Position numbers and translations under genes: made by a program. A stretch of DNA of 63,143 bases, filler included, from Dugesia japonica (Eukaryota): the NCBI GenBank assembly GCA_001938525.1. It is 6 parts of 6 records of this genome, joined end to end, with 100 filler letters (N's around TTAATTAATTAA, not from the genome) between each part and the next. Parts side by side here need not be neighbours in the genome. Positions count along the whole stretch, not along the records: positions 12,224 to 22,350 come from MQRL01621098.1; positions 22,451 to 32,358 come from MQRL01632756.1; 4 more parts are not named here. One strand, written 5' to 3'. The notes under the pieces were generated by a model, which was not told where the DNA came from, did not search any database, and saw only the letters and a list, made by a program, of their open reading frames with translations. Position 1 is the first letter of the stretch. Each line of letters starts with the position of its first letter. Shown piece after piece: positions 12,224 through 23,732 of the stretch.

Positions 12224-15124
12224 AAAATCTATTATAAAATGATATTATCAAAACATATTAACTAAAGACAAAATTATAACCTAAATAAACCAAAATTATC
12301 GGCTGGCAATTCAATTTCGCAACATAAAGTTATCAGTTCCTCATTTCAATTGAACCTCAAACCAATATAAAAACTTAATTATTTATTTATCTGAAACCAT
12401 TTATGATTCCATAAGGAAAAAGAGGAGAAAATATTCAATCGAAGAAACTTGTTGACAATTATTTATATTTAACTTGCATATTTAAACAAGTGATTTGTTT
12501 ATGATTTGTAAGTGTTTATTCATTTATCCTTCATTTACGATTTTCTTTGCTTTAAAGTTTAATTTTCAACTAAAAATTTATATTTCCATACAAACTAAAT
12601 TGATAATAAATGAGATATTTTAGATACTTTTTAAAAAGTTATTTCAATATTGAAGTTTTGTACATGAGTAAATTTAATTAAAAATTTTATCTAAATTTTT
12701 ATTTGTAATTAAATTAATTAAAATTATTTTGACCAACTTTTATTGGTCAAAATTTTTCTTGAAATTTATAATTAATTCAAATAATAATTATAATTCAAAT
12801 GAAATTCAAAGAAATTGAATATAATTTAAAATATTTTCAATAAAATTTTATCTTCCTTCTAGACGTCATTGTATATTACAAATTTAAATTGTTTAAACAA
12901 ACTTGTTATTTTTATAAACTGTTATTTATTATAGTAACAACATTTTACTTTTTAATTTCGATATTCAATTAATAAATTGAAATAACCAATTAATAATTAA
13001 TATAAATAAATTAAATATTTAATAAATTAAATAAGTAAAGAATTTCTTAAATGTACAAAACACAAATTGGAACATTNNNNNNNNNNNNNNNNNNNNNNNN
13101 NNNNNNNNNNNNNNNNNNNNNNNNNNNNNNNNNNNNNNNNNNNNNNNNNNNNNNNNNNNNNNNNNNNNNNNNNNNNNNNNNNNNNNNNNNNNNNNNNNNN
13201 NNNNNNNNNNNNNNNNNNNNNNNNNNNNNNNNCAATTATGTAATTTCTTCAAGTAATCAAATTAATTGTGAAAAATTGAATTAAGACCCTGAAAGACTTG
13301 TCTAAACATTAATAAAGGACCAATCTATTTAATAATCAATGGTTAACATATAACTTTCACCAAATAGTTTTTAACGTTTCAGCAGAAATTGTAAAATTGT
13401 TTATACTAATAACTGATTTACAACCAATACTTTGTTTAGCAATTTTATTTCGACTACCAACTTGTACAGAGATAACGGGTAATCTCCAAAGTGTGTGGCG
13501 ATACACTCATATTTATAACCAATGTGTCATAATACTTATATGCATTGGAGAAACGTACGTCATCTCTTCAATATATAATTATATCAATATATAAGAACCT
13601 TTTAATGGATTAAAAAATTATACCTGAAGATTATTATTATCATCATCATCATTATAACAATATTATTGACAATGACCACAAAAAACATATTTATATATTT
13701 AAATAAATAAAATAATAAATATTTTATAAGACGATATTTATAAAATAGCATTTTAATCAATAATATTTAAGAAAAATAAAATTATTTTCAATGGTTAAAA
13801 AAACTAAATATTTTTTAGTCGGTAAATAATTAATATAAAATTTTTCACTAAAATTCATTTGAATAAATTCTATTATTATTTTTTCCCATTAATTTACTCT
13901 TAAAAATATTTAGTTTACGGATTTCAGATTTTGTCAAGTCACATAATAACAACGCTGATATTATTTTGGAAATGAAACCTGTCACAATGGTATACAGTGG
14001 ATCATTGATAATTAATTAACTACCTTGACAACACAACGCTTTGTTTCGTTTTACTTACTGCTTCGCTGAATTTTTATACTCTTTTCAAAGAGAATTTTCA
14101 ATACAACAGTCTAATACTACGTATACAAACATAGGTAATAATAAAATTCAATTTAATTTCAAAATTTTTAATTGAATTTTAAATATAATCTACGAATTTA
14201 TTTTAACAAAGATTTGTTTAATTTTATCGATTTAAATGGTTAACAGGTTTTTCTTAATAAAACATTCAACTTCTCAAACGAAACACTTCAAAACAAACTT
14301 ACTTTATCTGAGACGACTCTGAAAAAGAAAAACTTTTAAATATTAAACGAAATACAAAAAAATTACTCAGTAGAACGATGATCTTTATTCATATCGGACA
14401 TATTTTGAAAATAATTAATCTACAACGAATGACTAATTTAACTATGAATAAATGAAACACTTTTCAAAATATAAATAATTAATTATTTAATAAAATTGAT
14501 GTATTAAAAGAAATATGACCATGAAAAATGTTTTTTTCATAATTTAATATAAATATAATAGAATTTGTAATTGTTTTATCTTTGCTATTTTAATAATGTT
14601 TTTTTCTTTTATTATTTTATTATATTATATATTATTATATTTTATTTTATTCTTTATTAATTGTACTTATAATAGTAGCAATAATAATAATATTAATAAT
14701 ATTTTTTTTAATATTTACTTTAACATAAAAATTGCATGAATAATATTTTTGCTACTTTTTAGAATTTTGTTAATCTAAATTAAATGATAAAATCTAAACA
14801 GCTAAACTTTGATTTCTTAACTTACATTATTAACTTTAACTCAAATTTATTTTTTAAAAATCTGTGAATGAATTGTGAACTGTGAGTTAAAAAAAAAGAG
14901 GCGACATTGTTTACTGAAAATTAAAGTTTGAATAATATATTGTATCAGTTATATATAAATGAAATTACTTTAAACTTTTTATAAAATCTTGTAAATACAT
15001 GATTTTCCATTCCAATTTGAAATGGCAAAAGTCAATTTTGACAAAAACTAGATTATTTAAATAAACTACATTTAATTATTTATTGGTATAGATACTAAAC
15101 TTGGTAAATATAAATGCATATTTC

Positions 15125-17105
15125 TGAATCAACTTTCACAGTCAGAGGTCGAAAATCCAGAAAGAGACGAATGTCTTCTTTTCTCCAGATACTTATNAAC
15201 GGGGTGTTCCATGTTGAATTGCACTTTCGTATAATTCCATTTTCAAGAAGATTACGTATCCCTTCGTTTATCTTATCCTCTAGGTTCATATGTGTCTTCC
15301 ATAGCTTAAAATCTATAGGTCCTCCTTTTGATACTCTTTTATGCTTCACCAGTTTTGTACATTTTATGTCCCATTTGTCTGCTATAAAGATATTTGAATG
15401 TTTTCTTATCAACTATTTGATTGTGCTATTTTCCAATGTATTTATCTCACTCAAAGCATTTTGACATCTTTCTTCATCTGTAATAATTCTTCCTAAATGC
15501 GCCTCGATATATCAAATCCGATCCTGATTATCACACTACTGTATCTCTCCAATTTAGTTCTATTCCAAAACTGGTCTGCAACTGAATGCCACCAATTATG
15601 CTGGGGATTATCTGTTCCATAACTATGAAATTAATCCATCTATTCGTATTGCATATCTTCACTTCTATTTCAAATCTTCCTTTGGTACTTAATAAACTGT
15701 CTTTAGCTCACCGTAGTCTATCTTTTGTTGTTAATAACGAGATATCCTTGAATTTGTTAAACACATCCATAAACATCACATTAATTCTTGCTCCGTTATC
15801 CAGTAGGCATTCAAACTCCATGTTTTGATTCTTTATCGTAATACTCGGTCTACTCTGAATTGTACCCAATCTAACCACACTTTTCCCCATTCTTCCACTG
15901 TTGCGCTTGTTGGTTTCACTGATGTTTCTCTCTTGATTACTGATATCTCTTTCTTTTAAGAATTATAAACTCGTTCTTTGACATCATCCTCTATATTATT
16001 GATATGACTACTGTTACTATAACTGTCGATATTTTGGGGATCACCCATTAGATTTTGAGTTCTACAGCTCCTACTATGTCCTCTGTTGGCGGAGCTTCTC
16101 TGTTTGGGTTTCTCCTTGATTCATATACGTTTGCGTCATATCTGTTGTTACCAAATCTAAAGTTTTCATATCTGTCGTCCTCATATTCCTTGTTACTTGT
16201 CTCATCATCTTTCACTGCATTGATGTTAACATGCCTACATGAAAATGGGAGCATTTTTACATCATTTCTCTTATATTCCTAAAGGATATTCGTTCCATCT
16301 CTTGTACTCCATCTTTGTGAAAATGTTTTCGGCTTGATAACTGTTCTTGTTGCATTTTTCGCACTTTATCTTGTTTCACTGTCTTCTTATATGCCCTACA
16401 CTTCCACATGCGTGGCATGTAGGAGGGTTTCTGTCTGGGTACTCCCAAATTATGTGTCCCAACACATTCCAAAATTCTGTTTTCCCTGTTCTGAACTTCC
16501 TTCTGGTATTTAGCCATTTGAAGGTTGATTCCAACATCCTTGGTATTGTTCTTTTTGGTTCTGCGTATAATGCCTCCTTGTAGCTACACATCACGGTTAT
16601 TCCTTCTGTCTTTTTGTCGATTCTTCAAACGTCTGTGATAATTTTTTTTCTTCCGGTTCTGAAACCTTTTTCATCAAAATCTCTTTCTTTGCCTTCTTAT
16701 GTGTCGCTGCGTTTATCAAGAGTGCTGATATTAACTACTCTATTCCCAGATTATGGCTAAGCACTTTATCTGCCAGTTTTTCTACATCGTGGTAGACTAA
16801 CTCATTATTGGTATCACCCTGCCTGTAACAAATTCTAGGTCTTCAAAAACGTCTCTTGATTTTTTCACCAGTAGTTGTAGCCTTGCTTCAAACCCTTTGA
16901 CTTTGTTCTCTGGTGCTTCATATTTTTCTTCAAGCTTCGGGTCAATCATCTTACCGATTACAATCTCTTGTAAATCTTTGGGAATTTAGCCCGCTTTGAA
17001 GAATCGACCGATGTCTTTCAAGAATATGACAAGATTGTCACCTAACGTGAAAGGTCTCGGGCGTAACAAATCTGTTATTAAGTTTGAGCTTGTTGTGGTT
17101 GCCAA
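15125..17105 (-). mobile_element. Ty3/gypsy gag-protease-RT(N-terminal) remnant
   Basis: Gag start LLRPRPFTLGDNL..RFF; knuckle TCHACGSVGHIRRQ; protease CLLDNGARINV; RT start GIIRKCNSTWNTP..IRLFLDFRPL. Many stops and frameshifts. Confidence 0.92.
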
Positions 17106-19408
17106 GTTGCATAACCTATTAGCAAGAAAAACGTTTTCTTCATCAAACATTTATTTAAGACAAAGTTACTGTATATTGAAAAACAGAATTAGGAAAGTTA
17201 TAATATTCAAAAAAATATGCGCAATAATTATTTTAATTATTTTCTTGAGATATTTTAAATTTCAAAAATTTTATAAATACTTTAATTGCGCATAAACGAT
17301 TCAAATATCATTTTCACAAACCCTATTTTTGATGGCAGTCATAATTTTATTTTCAGATCTTGAAATATCTTTTTGTAATCTTCTATTTTCTATTGAATTC
17401 AAAAATTGAGAATAATGAGGTAAATTAAGAACTTCATGATTGTTATGTCTTATTGAGAATTTTTCACTTCTTGTCATTCATGTAATATTTAGATTAATAA
17501 TGAAGTATAAATACAGAATGTATATTTATTAAAGGTATTCAGCTTTTAGAATATAACACCATATCAATAGTTTAAATTAAGTTTAAATTATTTATTTTTG
17601 GTCAAAATTAAACTTCATAATGTCAAATTGGGGCGAAAATCCTATAATTGAGGAAATTTTGATTACAAATTATAATTTTATTTCTTACTATTTTGACAAT
17701 TCTTATCAATATAAGAATTACCAGTTAATTATGTTTTTAGAAACTTAATATTTCAATAGAAATAAACATAGAGATATTGTTTGCCTTATTAAATTCTTTT
17801 AATTTGTTATATATTATGGGGATAGGTGTACACCAGACCAGTTGTAAATATATAAAAGTTTTTATAATTTTTCAATGATTTTTTTAAAGTTTATGTAAAT
17901 ATTTAAATAGTTCTTGTAACTTTTTGAGAGGTTACAAGAACTAATTATTAAGATTTATTTTAAAATTATTTAGTAAAGTGTATTCTTGTGTTTGTATTTT
18001 AAAAATGATAATTTTTTAAAATATTTTGTTTTAAAATTCATTAAAATAAAAGCTTCGATCAAAATTTGTTTTTTTGGTTTTTGATACAAAGGAATTGACT
18101 TCTGACATTTTCAATTTAGAATAATTTAATTTAAATTTTAAAAATAATTTTAAAAATTAACTGTAAAATAGATTTTAGTAAATAAAAATAAATCTTTAGT
18201 TTTTTTTACCTTAAGAACCCGGACAATTTTTTGTTTACTCTTCCCATAATTTTCCGCAACTTGAAAATATCCCATAAACTCGTTCGTTAGTAAATACCTC
18301 CAACCTATCTTCTAGTGTTGGAACTCGATTATTTTCGTATTACAGATATTTAAAACGTGATTAATAGTAATTGCGAACGGGTAGATAAATTACTGGTAAG
18401 GTTTTTCAATGAGTATCACATTATTTAATATTGAATGGGTTCTGTGATCATTTTTCAAGAGAAATGTTCTCACTGCTGTTGCTTGTTATTTGTATTTTAA
18501 ACCTATTATTATTTATGAGACCAATAATTCTAAAGTTCCTTTATCATAATTTTATTAATTATATGACAATAATATGATACTTAAATTAANNNNAAAATGC
18601 ATACCTGTTTCTACAACAGGATATAAATAGGTTCAAATAGATTACTTAGCTGGAATAATTGATTTATCACGAGAAATTTGTCTCAATTAGGCTAATAAAA
18701 CTTGACAAAACTTCTAAATTTCTTTTGTAGAATTATTTTGAAATCTGATTTCTTTCTGATTGGTGATCTTTTTTAAAACTTTTTCTTCGCCGTCTGATTG
18801 GATTTGTATTTTTAAATTTTCTGTGTTGCACTTGGTTTTTTATTGGTGGGTATTTTAAGCAATCACTTGATTTTTCATGCTTTGTTCTAAGTCTTTTTTC
18901 TGGTCCCTTATTGGTCTATTCTTCATAGCCTTTTCCAGGTTTTCTTGAAGTTTTCTCATTTTTGGCATAAACAAAATTGAACTCCCGTTGCTGAATTCTA
19001 ATCAATTTTTCTTGTCTCGATATTTTCCAATTATTCGTAGCGAAGTTATTCGTGTTTTCTTCTTTTTCTACTAATTGACCTTTGTTTTTTTAACTAATTA
19101 ATTAATAATTTCTTTATTCTTTCCATTCTATTTTTTCTAATTTTAATAAATTTAATTCGTATTTTTAATATATTTTAATTATAGCTTATCAAATGTCTTC
19201 TTTTTTTCTATTCTAATTATTTTCTTTATTTATTCTATTATTTTCTTAAATAATTCCTAATTATTTCTAAATTAATTAACAAGAATTCTGAATTTTCTTA
19301 ATTCTTTTTATATTATTCATAATTGATTAAGACTCTGTTTGATTGGGGTCCCTCTACTTTTGATCGTCTCTTTTTCCGGGTGTTTCACTCCAACCATATT
19401 ATTACTAT

Positions 19409-19583
19409 TGTTGGGATTCCACCTGATTCAAGTGTAGCAGAAGGCGGCTGGGGGAAAAGACAGCCCTCAGTGAACCCTTTCAAGAATTTACCTAATGCCC
19501 CTTTTTAGGTTTTAGATGTGAAGTTGCTGACTCCCAACACTTATTTGGAGTACTCACTTAGACATATTTTTATTCGGGTTCCA
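19409..19583 (-). mobile_element. LTR-like terminal repeat, copy 2 (~175 bp), with PPT AAGGGGAAAG at 19595-19586
   Basis: Aligns with 10034-10210 and shares the ...CCAACA end. The polypurine tract is adjacent. Confidence 0.75.
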
Positions 19584-19650
19584 GGCTTTCCCCTTATTTT
19601 ATTTATTAAAAGCAAAACAACATAGTTATAGCTTGTAATAAAAATTTTAT

Positions 19651-20022
19651 TTACAATGATTCACATAAAGTTTAACGCTTCAGGGTCAAGTCACTGGGCA
19701 ATCTCGCCATTCGCAAAATCAAAGGCGGCCTTATCGTCATCGCTGTTCTATCGAACCCAGGTTTCTTGTTCGAGGCGGTTTGACAGATCGGCGATGTACT
19801 GTTGTAAAAATTCAATTTTATGAATGAGAATTTGTTTAGTGTGTTCAGCCAGTTCACTTTGCTTTTTGACTATGACGTCGAGTTTTTTAATCACTCTATT
19901 ACCTTGCGTGAGATGGTGCAGAAGAGCACGCTCATTCTGGCGCTTAACGTGACGTTCGAGTAAGAGTTTTTGAATTAACCGGTGGCAGCGGTGAAGACTA
20001 TTTGGAAGGCAAATTCTGGGCA
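19651..20022 (-). pseudogene. Accessory coiled-coil ORF A, copy 2
   Basis: Acceptor TTTTCAG|TG; reads PRICLPNSLHRCHR..KKLDVIVKKQSELA..ETWVR*NSDDDKAAFDF..AQ*LDP. Its stops sit at positions that are Trp in copy 1. Confidence 0.75.
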
Positions 20023-20203
20023 CTGAAAAGAAACACCTAATTAAGAACCAAACCAAATATGATTGACATAAAAATAGAAAATAAAATTACCATAAGAAAT
20101 TTTGTTAGATGAAAACAAACCAGTTTANNNNNNNNNNNNNNNNNNNNNNNNNNNNNNNNNNNNNNNNNNNNNNNNNNNNNNNNNNNNNNNACATATCAAT
20201 CAT

Positions 20204-20511
20204 TTAAAATTCTAACGGCATATGTTTCCGTAGCTCCAAAATATCGGCGACCAGTTTATTTTCACGGTCATGGAGGGACCGGATAGTATCAGCGAATGAT
20301 TTCAGCTGTTTCTTCTACAGCCGTTCCTGCGAGTGAGAAGCTTCTGATTCCAGCAGATATGTCTGACATTTGGTCCGATAACGCTTAACTTTTGCGTTGG
20401 CGTTAGCCGTGTTGGCTTCCTCCTTTCTTTTTTGCCAGCATATCTCAATGTCCTTGCTGGTTTCGCCTACTTTCTTAGTGGGAGCGACTGAATGGTTGAG
20501 CGATGAATGCA
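20204..20511 (-). pseudogene. Accessory coiled-coil ORF B, copy 2
   Basis: Acceptor TTCTAG|TG; candidate donor A|GTAAGT at 20617/20616; reads HSSLNHSVAPTKK..AKVKRYR..ERL*KKQL..DRENKLVADILELRK. Confidence 0.75.
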
Positions 20512-20814
20512 CTAGAATTTACCTACAATTTAATTTGATTAAAGAATCTATTAACAAGATAACAACAAAAATTAAGAGTAAACAAGTTAAGCATATGATT
20601 TATGTAACTGACTTACTCAAAAGAAAATAAGAGATAATTGTTGGAAAGCTTCATTTAAGATAAACTAAATTTATGAACGGAAAACATTTATTTAAAGAGA
20701 AAAGTAAATGCGATTAATTTACGATATTGCCAGATGGTTCAATGTTTTCAGTGTTATTAGCATTCCCCGCGTCTCAAACTCTTCACAACGTGTTATCAAT
20801 TAATCCTCGCAACA

Positions 20815-21134
20815 CTACAATAGAAGAGAAGTGCTCTGGAAGAGAATGTGGGGTGTAGTTTCCCTCCACTTACGACGTTGATGTTGTACACCCGAGGCGT
20901 CGGCGGTAGTAATTGTTATCGCGGAGAAGGTTATACGGCTTCGATTCGGGCCGGTGCAATCTGAAAAAGCCTGTCTTTTGGTAGCGTCCCAATATCGGTC
21001 ATAGTCTGCATCGGTGGTTGAATAATTGGCCCGTTCCACCAGGACGGCGGCATTTCGGTTGAACGGATTCACCTACCGTTTAAACATCATTCGGCTTGTA
21101 GTTTTGTGCTGGATTAATTCCCACTTAAATTCCA
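20815..21134 (-). pseudogene. Accessory ORF C of the LTR-like element, copy 2 (unknown function)
   Basis: Acceptor TTATTCAG|TG gives EFKWELIQHKTTSRMMFKR*, in frame with the 85-aa ORF VNPFNRNAAV.... It forms a GC-richer island co-oriented with ORFs A and B. Confidence 0.55.
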
Positions 21135-21257
21135 CTGAATAAGACAAATAGATATTTACATGTACAACAAAAGAAATGAATCAACAAAGTAGTAAATAAG
21201 AGCAAAAACTAATCATGACAATGAACACATTTATTAAGGAATTTCAGAAATTAAAGA

Positions 21258-21693
21258 TCAGGTTTCATGATCTAAGTCGACTCGGTCGGCCTTTGACAGC
21301 GGAAATAATTCAGCGAAGCATCTGAGGTCCGTCTCATCTGTGTGCAGAATAAGAGTCGGAGCTAAAGTGTGCCCGGTCAATTGTTTCCTGTGAGCACTTT
21401 GCCTCTCCTTATGGATAAATCTTAGTGTTTCTATTAGGATGGAGGACATTATTTATGAATATTCTGAGCTCTAAATACAAAAATTTAAGAACTACGATAA
21501 TACCCACGAAATTTTGTATTCTTGATTGCCCCTTGGTCAGGAAAATTCTTAAGTGAAATAAATCGCACTTCCTTTTAATAACTGGATAGTAAAATATGTG
21601 TAAATGATTTAGGTTAAATCCAATACAAATAAAAAAAATATAAAATGTTTCATGAAAACTTGATATCCATAGTGATGATGGGACCTTCCCCAA
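21258..21693 (-). pseudogene. Accessory ORF D of the LTR-like element (frameshifted, unknown function)
   Basis: Overlapping ORFs 21409-21693 and 21258-21449 lie on the same strand as ORFs A-C, and AATAAA follows at ~21230. Confidence 0.4.
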
Positions 21694-22280
21694 TCAAGGG
21701 CAAGCAATTAAAACACTTAGATTGACAAGAACCGATCAACGTTTGGGAAAGGTGATAGCGAATAAAATAATGATAATTATTAGAATCAATACCACATATT
21801 TAATAAAGTAAAACATAATGACCATTTTAATAATGAAATTAATAATTACTCTAAAATTAACAATAACAGAATTGATATGTATGATAATAATTGTAATGTT
21901 AATCATAGTAATAATAATCATGATAATAATGCCGATAGAGATAGGAATAATTTTCGTAAAAGTGATGGTCACAAAATCACTAGCGGACGTTCAATAGCAA
22001 ACTGGAAACATAGAACCAATTGATAATCCTTCCCGGTCGTAGTGATGCTAGAACATCCACTAATTTAATATAAAATGTGATACAAAAAATCCCATGTAGA
22101 TAAGTCCATCAAAGGTCAACACGAAAATTCCATTGTGAGTGGGGAATAATGGTTCTCATTCGATGGAGGATATGAAAGTCAATTTAGAAATCAGTTGGTG
22201 AATTCTATCAAGTCAGGCAATGAATACTGATGTATTCTTGAATCGATAATTTCCCGGTGCTAAACGGTCAGAGATGATTT

Positions 22281-22294
22281 TTATTATTATTATA

Positions 22295-22350
<56 letters not shown>
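22281..22350. repeat. (TTA)n microsatellite at a scaffold end
   Basis: Direct reading. Confidence 0.95.
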
Positions 22351-22450
22351 NNNNNNNNNNNNNNNNNNNNNNNNNNNNNNNNNNNNNNNNNNNNTTAATT
22401 AATTAANNNNNNNNNNNNNNNNNNNNNNNNNNNNNNNNNNNNNNNNNNNN
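22351..22450. other. Artificial scaffold-joining linker
   Basis: 44 N + TTAATTAATTAA + 44 N. Confidence 0.97.
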
Positions 22451-22756
22451 GCATTTTTGGGTCTGTTTGTGAGATGTTCTTTTCCTTTCTAAACTCCATA
22501 ACCTTGATTTTTGATAAGCTCGGTAAATTTCAGTTGACCACAAAATTTCCCAAGGAAGACAAGTTTCATACTTATCAGGAAAAAATACTTTGAGAACAAC
22601 CAGCCAAAATTTCAGTTCATAATCATCACCAAATAAAACNNNNNNNNNNNNNNNNNNNNNNNNNNNNNNNNNNNNNNTAGATATAGAAACATGCTTGAAA
22701 GATTCCAGGAATTGACTGAAAATTGAATAATAGGATTTTGAATCAAACTAAAATTA

Positions 22757-23077
22757 CTAATTATGCAATTGTTCAAAAACTTTTCTTAGTTTTGGATCTT
22801 TAATAATATCTTCTTCTGATTGCCATAGTGAAGGATAAACAGAAAATTCTGATCTCCAAGGTTGATGTTGTAAATAATGTTTCAGGACAAATGACATTTT
22901 AGGAGGNAGTAAAGAAAGACAAAATACAGGCTCTAGAATACAAACATGAAATATCAACCCATCTGGTAAATTAGTTCTCAATGTTTCATATTCAGTGTTT
23001 GTTAAATTTAGAGAAAATATTATATATATTTTGGTTAACGGTTTGATACAAGCTTTTAAAAATATAGATACATCCAA
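22757..23077 (-). CDS. Unknown ORF fragment divergent from pPolB #1, probably Polinton-borne
   Basis: 106-aa open frame, head-to-head with pPolB. No motif recognised. Confidence 0.3.
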   Translation of the reverse strand: MDVSIFLKACIKPLTKIYIIFSLNLTNTEYETLRTNLPDGLIFHVCILEPVFCLSLXPPKMSFVLKHYLQHQPWRSEFSVYPSLWQSEEDIIKDPKLRKVFEQLHN

Positions 23078-23732
23078 ATCTTTTATAAAGCCATATTGGC
23101 ATAAATATCAGGTTATAAATTATAATGAATACTAGCGGGGTCTCATAACTAAATCTTTTGAAATTCTATTGCGGTTCTTGAATAACATTTAATTTATTAT
23201 TCTTGCGCATTTATCTTGTACTCTACTGTAATTGAAGAGTTTTTACGTGTTTATTCAATATTTCTGCAGTAAATGATATTTTATTACATCTTTTTTAAGT
23301 GCATTTTTATAACATGGAATTAAAAATGTTCATATAGATGATTGTCTATTTATTTTATTATTAAAATTTTGTTCTGAATAAATGAAATATTTAGACTATT
23401 CCCGACAAGTAATTAATTCTTTCAAATTAAACAAAGCAACAATCAGAATTTTCAATTCCATGCAATGGNNNNNNNNNNNNNNNNNNNNNNNNNNNNNNNN
23501 NNNNNNNNNNNNNNNNNNNNNNNNNNNNNNNNNNNNNNNNNNNNNNNNNNNNNNNNNNNNNNNNNNNNNNNNNNNNNNNNNNNNNNNNNNNNNNNNNNNN
23601 NNNNNNNNNNNNNNNNNNNNNNNNNNNNNNNNNNNNNNNNNNNNNNNNNNNNNNNNNNNNNNNNNNNNNNNNNNNNNNNNNNNNNNNNNNNNNNNNNNNN
23701 NNNNNNNNNNNNNNNNNNNNNNNNNNNNNNNN

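Noticed and set aside
18560-19100. Lys-rich minus-strand coding-like region
   Set aside because: It has multiple stops and no recognisable motif.
19690-20317. APOBEC-like hypermutation (three Trp-to-stop G>A changes in copy 2)
   Set aside because: Too few events; TGG-to-stop transitions are common in neutral decay in AT-biased genomes.
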